DNA from: Candidatus Heimdallarchaeota archaeon B3_Heim
Lineage (GTDB): Archaea; Asgardarchaeota; Heimdallarchaeia; Hodarchaeales; Hodarchaeaceae
Assembly (NCBI GenBank): GCA_003144275.1
Contig: NJBF01000075.1
Coordinates: forward strand, 1 to 9,064
Direction of reading: 5' to 3'
Length of the DNA: 9,064 nt
This document shows, piece by piece, positions 1-6,026 of this stretch. Made by a program: the position numbers and the translations under genes. The notes beneath the pieces are model-generated. The model had not been told where the DNA came from. It did no database searches and saw only the letters and a program-made list of their open reading frames with translations. Within the stretch, counting starts at the first letter, position 1, and each line of letters opens with the position of its first letter.

Positions 1-1579
1 AACTGAAAATGCCATCACAAGGACACTGGATTTGGACGCTTTGAGGGTCACTGAGACCTCAAGTTTGTCCTCCTTCATGTAACTTGAACATATTGGATTA
101 CTTGGGTGATGCATTGTCTACACTGAAGAAAGTTGGGAGAATTAGCTTGTTATAATTACTTGTAATATATGCATCACCTGTTACATGAATGACAGTGATG
201 GATTTGTGAAGGTCAATGTCATGCAAGGACACAAAAAGAAACTTTTTGTGACCACTATGTCAGTGAGCATGGCCCTGCTTGACCTTGAAGATAACTGAAG
301 GTTTGCAACACCTAGAGCTTGTTAGTGTGATATCTCAAGAACCTTTCAAAGTGCTTTATCAGGGCTAAGGTGAAAAAATTATCAATAACTGACTAGATTT
401 ACTAACCGAAGGGTCAGGGGTCAAGGTCACAGAAGGAAACATCAGAGAACATTTGGTGACCCTTTCACTGTTGATCACAAAGGGGGTAAGTGCAAATTGT
501 CATCATCACTATGATCTAAGCTAAAGTTGGTCAAAGTGGGATACTTCAGCGACCTCTGCATGAGGAAGTCCTTGCCTGATTATGTTGGACGATGCCCATA
601 TCAACCCTGGCAGCTGAACATATTGCAACAAAAGGAAACGTCCTTCACTGTATAAGCAACATCCTGATATAATCTTACCTAATTAACACATGATGAATCT
701 AATTATAACTTGTTGTAGGCGTACTCCAACCACTAGCAATCCTTTCCAACACGAGGGAGTGCCTTAAAACTGTTGTGATGTGATGATAAGGTTTTCTGTT
801 GCTCCAGATATGGTGACTTTCACATAGAACAGATGAAAGACTTTCGTTTTCCAAGTTTTTATTGTCACTGTGTTTTTATATATAAAATAATTTAATGTAT
901 AAAATGGCACACATATTTTACAATCCAATAAATGAGTCTCATAAACTACTCTCAAACTGTAAACATGCAGTTTATGTATTCATTTATAACCTGTACATTC
1001 GTCTTAATAAAAACTCCCACTTGAAACTGCATATTTCTGCGCACAAATAAATAACTCTGCTACTGTAACCACTTCAACACCCGAGTGTGGTCTGCAATAT
1101 TTTTGTTTCATCTGGCCTTGTGCAGCCATGTAGACTTATATAACAAGGAAGTCATGGCAGATCAACAGGGGATATGATCAGAGAGAAGTGATAAGCACCT
1201 CTTGATCATGGTCACCAATGACATATCCTGGGTAGTGTGGGGATGAGAGGCCTCAGTACACCTGTATACACAAAAAAGGCCAGGCTACAACTGGTCAGGG
1301 GCACATACGCAAGTCAAGTGCCACCCTTTCAGGCTACCCCCCACACAATTATAAATGAAATGTAGAAGTTGATTGAGCTGAAATTAACTCTTCTGTGAAG
1401 ATACCCGAGTGTGGGAAAGAAATGTCTATCACCGACAGAACCTTATTGAATGTGTCAGATGTCAGCTGAGGGCAGGTGATTGGAAATATTGGTGTGGGAT
1501 TTTTGCTAGTCTCACACTGAGAGTGTTGAATTCAAGTATTAACACTAAAGAAAGGTTTTTTTCATTATTATCCACCAAT
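1..1579. other. CpG-depleted non-coding segment, eukaryote (metazoan)-like; possible chimeric or foreign DNA
   Basis: No credible ORF in about 1.5 kb. Only 14 CpG counted in 1-1620, against roughly 55-60 expected at an estimated 38% GC. TG/CA dinucleotides are frequent. No Shine-Dalgarno/gene structure. Downstream bacterial genes are not CpG-poor (7 CpG in 1621-1700; 9 in the 321-bp hicA). Confidence 0.6.
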
Positions 1580-1729
1580 TTCATCCTTGCAGTATTGTCA
1601 ATGGGGCTGCTGAGCTACTTTACCGTAACGCTGGGCTGGGAGGCACGCAGCTGGCTCACCGGCATGTCCATCATCCTCGCCACCTACTTCGGCGTCAACC
1701 AGTATCAGAAAAAGACCTTGACTAAATAA
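1580..1729 (+). pseudogene. 5'-truncated small two-helix membrane protein, phage holin-like (3' part of ORF 1409..1729)
   Basis: FILAVLSMGLLSYFTVTLGWEARSWLTGMSIILATYFGVNQYQKKTLTK*: two hydrophobic helices, a short loop and a basic tail. This pattern recalls small phage holin-like proteins (SRKF...YxGxNxxQK), from memory. 1601-1700 is 62% GC with GC-rich third codon positions, against 32% for 1501-1600. No Shine-Dalgarno site or credible start codon. Confidence 0.45.
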
Positions 1730-1760
1730 AGAAAGTATGCTATCTTTCATAAAAAATTAC

Positions 1761-1788
1761 TTGACAATGATATTATATATGATACTAT
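1761..1788 (+). promoter_or_regulatory. sigma70-type promoter of the hicAB operon
   Basis: Perfect TTGACA (1761-1766), 16-bp spacer, extended -10 TGaTACTAT (1780-1788), ending 16 bp before the hicA ATG. Confidence 0.8.
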
Positions 1789-1790
1789 AA
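1767..1790 (+). repeat. Tandem 12-bp direct repeat overlapping the promoter; candidate HicB operator
   Basis: ATGATATTATAT (1767-1778) followed by ATGATACTATAA (1779-1790), 10/12 identical, covering the spacer and the -10 element. HicB antitoxins are known to autorepress through promoter-overlapping sites. Confidence 0.5.
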
Positions 1791-1804
1791 AATTGAAAAT
1801 ATGA

Positions 1805-2125
1805 ATGAGTATTAAGAGGTTAGTCAAATCATTATTACAGAAGAGCGAGAGGGGCGAAAAAGTTGGCGAGTTAACAGTCGATGAAGTACTCAACATCGTA
1901 AAAAACTATTTTGAACGATATGAACGAAAAAAGGGTTCTCATATTAAAGTTCAAGATCAGAGGCTCAAGAAATTCAAAGAACATTTCCCTGATGATGAGC
2001 TATTTTCACTAAATGGAGAGTTTATAATACCTACAAAAGGTGGTAAAAAAGTAAAGCAATGGTATGTAAAGCGATTATTAGAAGCGATAGAAATAATTCA
2101 ATTGATGGAGCAGGAAAGTGAATAA
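1805..2125 (+). CDS. hicA: HicA-family type II toxin (dsRBD-fold mRNA interferase), 106 aa, with an internal insertion
   Basis: KGSH motif (His46), then FIIPTKGGKKVKQWYVKRLLEAI, matching the HicA pattern GSH...P.K...VK..YVK.LL..I. Basic protein. Overlaps the downstream hicB by 8 nt. Confidence 0.8.
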   Translation: MSIKRLVKSLLQKSERGEKVGELTVDEVLNIVKNYFERYERKKGSHIKVQDQRLKKFKEHFPDDELFSLNGEFIIPTKGGKKVKQWYVKRLLEAIEIIQLMEQESE

Positions 2126-2636
2126 AGACCTTAATTATTATCTAAGTTTAAGATATAAAATTGAAATAAATCCTTTACCCGAAGAAGATGGAGGAGGTTT
2201 CGAAGCCTGTATTCCTCAACTTGGGAAGTGGGCTTTTTTAGGTGCAGGGAAAACTATAATAGAGGCACTTGAACATTTAGAAGAAGTAAAGAGAGATTTC
2301 TTTGAGGATTATTTGAAAAAAGGAATAGAAATACCTGAGCCAGAAATTGAAGAAGAAGCCTATAGCGGTAGAATATTATTAAGAATACCACCAAGACTGC
2401 ATATGCAATTAACAAAAGCAGCCCGAAAAGATAGCACGAGTCTAAACCAATATATTCGTAGCTTATTAGAGAGGAAAGTAGATATCAATATATTGACTGA
2501 AAATATCATTAATGAAATATTGAAATACCGGGAGAGTGCAGAATCTTATGCACAGCAAGCAGCAACATGGAAACCTTTATCAAAATCATTAAATGCTGTG
2601 GAAAGATCAGGACCAGAAGAACCTTATGTGCAATAG
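2118..2636 (+). CDS. hicB: HicB-family antitoxin with ribbon-helix-helix DNA-binding domain and a C-terminal extension of about 54 aa
   Basis: N-terminal HicB partial RNase H motif (YKIEINPLPEEDGGGFEACIPQLG...GKTIIEALEHLEE...IPEP). RHH motif YSGRILLRIPPRLH...A.....SLNQYIRSLL. GTG start preceded by GGAGCAGGA. Confidence 0.92.
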   Translation: MNKDLNYYLSLRYKIEINPLPEEDGGGFEACIPQLGKWAFLGAGKTIIEALEHLEEVKRDFFEDYLKKGIEIPEPEIEEEAYSGRILLRIPPRLHMQLTKAARKDSTSLNQYIRSLLERKVDINILTENIINEILKYRESAESYAQQAATWKPLSKSLNAVERSGPEEPYVQ

Positions 2637-2661
2637 TCATATATCTTGCAAGGAAAAACTC

Positions 2662-2690
2662 CTGTCAAAATATTAGAAAGTTAATATAAT
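2662..2690 (+). promoter_or_regulatory. Possible internal promoter for the 135-aa gene
   Basis: CTGTCA (4/6 match to -35), 17 bp, perfect TATAAT (2685-2690). AT-rich context makes a chance match possible. Confidence 0.4.
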
Positions 2691-2708
2691 TTTAAAGAGG
2701 AGTAACAA

Positions 2709-3116
2709 TTGAAGATAAAGGAAGATACGAGAAAAAAATTGATAGACGAAATTAAATTCATTATCAAAAAAATGGAAAAAGAGGCAGAGCCTAAACAAAA
2801 ATTATTTTATTTTAGCGCAATATATGGTGTTGTATCACGGATATTTAATTTAGAATATGATCCTGAGTTAGTTTTTGCATATACTATTTTGAATTTGACC
2901 TACAATCATATTAACGCACGCATCGCGCATGAAGAAAAAATAATAGAAATCCCTGATGAATTATTTGATAAACTTGTAAATGCATCAAAAGAATTTCTAA
3001 ATAAAATAGAAAAAAATGAGAGCTTATGTGATGCTCTTCAGAAATTTGCAGAAATAGGCTATGCGACCACAGGAAATGGATACTATCTTTATCAAAGAGG
3101 CTTACTTCGCTTATAA
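2709..3116 (+). CDS. Hypothetical all-alpha cytoplasmic protein, 135 aa
   Basis: Shine-Dalgarno GAGGAG (2697-2702) before a TTG start. AT-rich codon use like hicAB. Amphipathic helical pattern with a GYATTGNGYYLY motif near the C terminus. No family recognised. Confidence 0.85.
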   Translation: MKIKEDTRKKLIDEIKFIIKKMEKEAEPKQKLFYFSAIYGVVSRIFNLEYDPELVFAYTILNLTYNHINARIAHEEKIIEIPDELFDKLVNASKEFLNKIEKNESLCDALQKFAEIGYATTGNGYYLYQRGLLRL

Positions 3117-3161
3117 GTAGCATACCAAGATTTTTCCTTTCTAATCACTTTATTGTTTCTT

Positions 3162-3190
3162 TTCTCAATTTTCAAAATTTCTGCTATAAT
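3162..3190 (+). promoter_or_regulatory. Extended -10 promoter directly upstream of repeat copy C
   Basis: TTCTCA (3162-3167), 17 bp, TGcTATAAT (3182-3190; perfect extended -10). Confidence 0.5.
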
Positions 3191-3191
3191 A

Positions 3192-3338
3192 GTTTACAAA
3201 TATTTATGAATTTTGGAAAAAATAATATTTTTATGCAATAGCGCTTTTCTTCAATCAAATTTTAGCTTAGAATTTTCTAAAATCGCCTGTAGAAAAATGG
3301 GATCAAGGGGCAAAATTATTGGGTACTTTGGCGAAAGT
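3192..3338 (+). repeat. Dispersed intergenic element, copy C (3' half only)
   Basis: Colinear with 7526-7666 and 8755-8895. Shares CAAATTTTAG (3256-3265 = 7591-7600) and ATTTTCTAAAAT (3272-3283 = 7607-7618) with copy A. Shares TAGCGCTTT and TAGAATTTT with copy B. Confidence 0.7.
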
Positions 3339-3366
3339 TAAACCACCTTGTAATGGCAAGATGCTT

Positions 3367-3394
3367 TTTTGTAATCATGAGAGCTATTACAAAA
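3367..3394. promoter_or_regulatory. Perfect 9-bp inverted repeat; candidate operator or leader hairpin
   Basis: TTTTGTAAT-catgagagct-ATTACAAAA. A further TGTAAT half-site lies at 3349-3354. Confidence 0.45.
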
Positions 3395-3437
3395 CAGGAA
3401 TCAAATATCAACCAAATATTTTGCTCGGAAGAATGGT

Positions 3438-3466
3438 TTTACTTATTACCGATAAATTAGTATTAT
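3438..3466 (+). promoter_or_regulatory. Possible proximal promoter of the serine hydrolase gene
   Basis: TTTACT, 17 bp, TATTAT, ending about 36 bp before the ATG at 3503. Weak match in AT-rich DNA. Confidence 0.35.
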
Positions 3467-3502
3467 GAAGTGAACATTCATAGAAATGTAAAGGAGGATA
3501 AA

Positions 3503-5041
3503 ATGAAAAGCAGGCATTGTCTCCTTATCATATTTTCTACTTTAGTTATCTTTTTTGCCGCTGGCGGATTAAATCAAACCGTAGCTCAAGAGTCTCCTGA
3601 TTACTGGCCAACCAAAGTATGGCGAACCTCGCCCCTTGAGAAACAAGGCATAGATTCAAAGAAGCTTGCGGAAGCAATAGATTACATAATGGAAAATGAC
3701 CCGAATATCCACAGCATGTTGGTCATCAGAAATGGATACATAGTGACAGATGCTTATTTTTATCCGTTTGCGGCCGATGCCAAACACGATATCGCCTCGG
3801 TGACCAAGAGTATCACTTCGACACTTATCGGGATTGCCATCCAGAAGGGTTATATTAAAAGCGTTAAGCAAACGGTCCTGGACTTTTTCCCCGGGCGAAA
3901 AATTGCCAATTTGGATGAAGAAAAAAAGGCGATAACCGTTGAAGATCTTCTGACTATGAAGTCCGGTATGAAGTGTATCAATCGGCCTACAGAAGTCACC
4001 CTTGGCCAAATGATGGGAAGTCCTAATTGGGTGCAGTTTATGCTGGATCTTCCAATGACCGATAAACCGGGGACACATTTCGTTTACAACAGCGGTGCAG
4101 TTCATCTGCTCTCCGCTATCATCCACCAAGCCAGCGGGATGACTACACTTGAATTTGCACAAAATCATCTTTTCAATCATTTAGGTATTACCGATGTAAT
4201 CTGGCCGACCGGACCTCAGGGAAATAACTACGGCTGGGGGAGTGTTCGCATTAAACCTCATGCTATGGCCAAGCTTGGCTATCTTTATCTGCAGAAAGGA
4301 ATGTGGGATGGAGAGAAAATACTGTCTCCGGAATGGGTTGCGGCAGCAACAAGTAAACCGGATGAACACATGTCCGAAAATTACGGTTACCTGTGGTGGC
4401 TCATCCCGACCGATGTTTATTTTGCCAGCGGTAGGGGTGGACAGCATATCTATGTCATTCCCAGCAAGAATATGGTAGTCGTTTTTACAGGAGGCGGGGC
4501 AAGACTCATATCCAAAGTGTTGAACACTTATATCATGCCAGCCGTTCTGCAGGATACTCCGCTTCCGGCCAATCCGGAAAGTGAGGCCTTACTCTTATCA
4601 AAGATTCGACAAGCAGCACAAAAGCCTCAGACAAATCCTGAACCAGCGAAGCCGTTGCCGGAAGTGGCGCAAATGATTTCCGGAAAAACATTCACCTTAG
4701 AACCCAACACCCTTGGGCTCTTGGGCATAACTCTGACATTTCCGGAACAGAATAACGCCGTGCTGAAAATTGATATGGCTCTGGATACTGACCGAAGTCC
4801 GGAATACAAAATCGGGCTGGATAATGTGCACCGTATATCACCGGCACGATTCGGCATCCCTGCGGCCGGCAAGGGATGTTGGATGTCGGATAACACATTT
4901 CACATTGATATCAATGAAATCGGCAATATCAATCGATTCCGAATCACTTTGACATTTGAAGGGAATATGGTATCGGGCAAGTTGGAGGAATTTACAGGGC
5001 TCGGCAGTGTGACCATTATAGGAAGGCTTAAAGAGCAATAG
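3503..5041 (+). CDS. Secreted serine hydrolase, beta-lactamase-related family (class C / NylB-like), 512 aa, with a C-terminal extra domain
   Basis: Shine-Dalgarno AAGGAGG (3491-3497) favours ATG 3503 over GTG 3470. Sec signal MKSRHCLLIIFSTLVIFFAAGG...AQE. Catalytic SxxK (ASVTKS), Tyr motif (FVYNSG), YGYLWW and SGRGGQ motifs. N-terminal WPT..W.TS..E.QG.DS motif typical of the subfamily. Substrate cannot be inferred. Confidence 0.92.
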   Translation: MKSRHCLLIIFSTLVIFFAAGGLNQTVAQESPDYWPTKVWRTSPLEKQGIDSKKLAEAIDYIMENDPNIHSMLVIRNGYIVTDAYFYPFAADAKHDIASVTKSITSTLIGIAIQKGYIKSVKQTVLDFFPGRKIANLDEEKKAITVEDLLTMKSGMKCINRPTEVTLGQMMGSPNWVQFMLDLPMTDKPGTHFVYNSGAVHLLSAIIHQASGMTTLEFAQNHLFNHLGITDVIWPTGPQGNNYGWGSVRIKPHAMAKLGYLYLQKGMWDGEKILSPEWVAAATSKPDEHMSENYGYLWWLIPTDVYFASGRGGQHIYVIPSKNMVVVFTGGGARLISKVLNTYIMPAVLQDTPLPANPESEALLLSKIRQAAQKPQTNPEPAKPLPEVAQMISGKTFTLEPNTLGLLGITLTFPEQNNAVLKIDMALDTDRSPEYKIGLDNVHRISPARFGIPAAGKGCWMSDNTFHIDINEIGNINRFRITLTFEGNMVSGKLEEFTGLGSVTIIGRLKEQ

Positions 5042-5142
5042 AAATTGCATTGCCTGTGGAAAGCTGGGGGCGAGATACAAGCTTTATCGCGTATTTTGTC
5101 AAAAATTAAAACAGCTTGCAGCAAGAAGGGCTTAAATTAAAC

Positions 5143-5607
5143 ATGAACATCCTGATTCTTTATAAAACCAAATACGGCAGTACCGAGCAGTATGCAAGGT
5201 GGATTGCAGAGGAAGTGAATGCAGATATATCCGATGTTGAGAGTTTTGATATAAATCGCTTAGACAGCTATTACACAATAATCATCGGTTCTCCCACATA
5301 CATGGGTCAAATCCAAATGAAAGATTTTCTGGAACAGAATTGGGAGATATTGAAGCACAAGAACATATATTTATTTACTGTAGGAATGTTCCCCTGGGAG
5401 TCTCCGGAAAGCAAAAAGTCATTTGAAATGATTCGCGAACATATTCGGGACAAAATAGGTTTCTCAAAACTCCCCGGAAGGCTTGACACAGGTAAGTTGA
5501 GCCTATCTGAGAAATTAATAGCCAAACTTACCAAAGCAAAGCCTGAAGACAAGGTGCACAGAGACAACATTGCTCAAATTGTCAAATGGGTAAAAGAGTT
5601 AAGTTAA
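5143..5607 (+). CDS. Flavodoxin-domain protein (Flavodoxin_5 / HemG-like), 154 aa
   Basis: MNILILYKTKYGSTEQYARWIAEE (FMN phosphate-binding loop), IIIGSPTYMGQI, LFTVG and LPGRLD motifs. ATG 5143 gives the canonical family N terminus (the ORF track starts at TTG 5116). Protoporphyrinogen oxidase activity is not demonstrable from sequence. Confidence 0.88.
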   Translation: MNILILYKTKYGSTEQYARWIAEEVNADISDVESFDINRLDSYYTIIIGSPTYMGQIQMKDFLEQNWEILKHKNIYLFTVGMFPWESPESKKSFEMIREHIRDKIGFSKLPGRLDTGKLSLSEKLIAKLTKAKPEDKVHRDNIAQIVKWVKELS

Positions 5608-5646
5608 AATTGATACTAAGGGGCAAAATGGCTTTTTAGTTTATAA

Positions 5647-5895
5647 AAACAGTATGGCGTTAAATTAATTATCTCACGACATTTTTTTCAAGTTGTTCTT
5701 GTCGAAAATGGAAAGTTATTTATGTCGGATTTCGCAGCAAGAGGTAAAATACTTCAGCTCTATCCTGAAAGTAAAACCAAATTCTTTGCGATCCCTCAGG
5801 AGTATGTGCTTGAGTTTATTTGAGGTAAAGACGGAAAAGCGGAAAAAATGAAAGTATTTGCAGAAAGAATGACACTAATTGCAACGCGAGAATAA
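5647..5895 (+). pseudogene. Orphan C-terminal domain remnant (DUF3471-like, typical of serine hydrolase C termini) with an in-frame TGA
   Basis: Hand translation: KQYGVKLIISRHFFQVVLVENGKLFMSDFAARGKILQLYPESKTKFFAIPQEYVLEFI*GKDGKAEKMKVFAERMTLIATRE**. ENGKLF, LYPESKTKFF and EF.R.KDGK match the DUF3471-type pattern. TGA at 5821-5823, upstream stop at 5644-5646, no start codon or Shine-Dalgarno site. Confidence 0.68.
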
Positions 5896-6026
5896 TAGAT
5901 ATTACGAATTGAATAAATATTAAATTAATACTTCATTCTAAGCAATTACAAGTTTGAATTGAGAAAAATTGGCAAACAATGACCATTAAATTAAAGAAGT
6001 CGAATAAAAATAGGAGGTAATAAACA

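Noticed and set aside
764-955. 63-aa minus-strand ORF
   Set aside because: Low-complexity translation of AT-rich non-coding DNA, with no Shine-Dalgarno site or motif.
1409-1579. 5' half of the 106-aa ORF 1409..1729
   Set aside because: It lies in the CpG-depleted segment with different composition and no Shine-Dalgarno site. It is probably fused by chance to the coding-like 3' part.
2709-3116. Third gene as a SecB-like chaperone (canonical TAC system)
   Set aside because: The sequence pattern is all-helical and lacks SecB strands and the FPYxR-type motif. It is kept only as a non-canonical candidate.
2911-3123. 70-aa minus-strand ORF
   Set aside because: Antisense shadow of the 135-aa gene.
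3656-5124. ORFs 3656..4180, 4181..4447, 4242..4478, 4627..4896, 4692..4898, 4770..4952, 4838..5080 and 4900..5124
   Set aside because: Antisense or alternative-frame shadows of the well-supported hydrolase gene, with no recognisable motifs.
5307-5570. 87-aa minus-strand ORF
   Set aside because: Antisense shadow of the flavodoxin gene.
5821-5823. TGA as selenocysteine or an alternative genetic code
   Set aside because: The aligned position is expected to be Arg-like, the fragment has no start, and TGA terminates the intact genes ending at 7370 and 8491.
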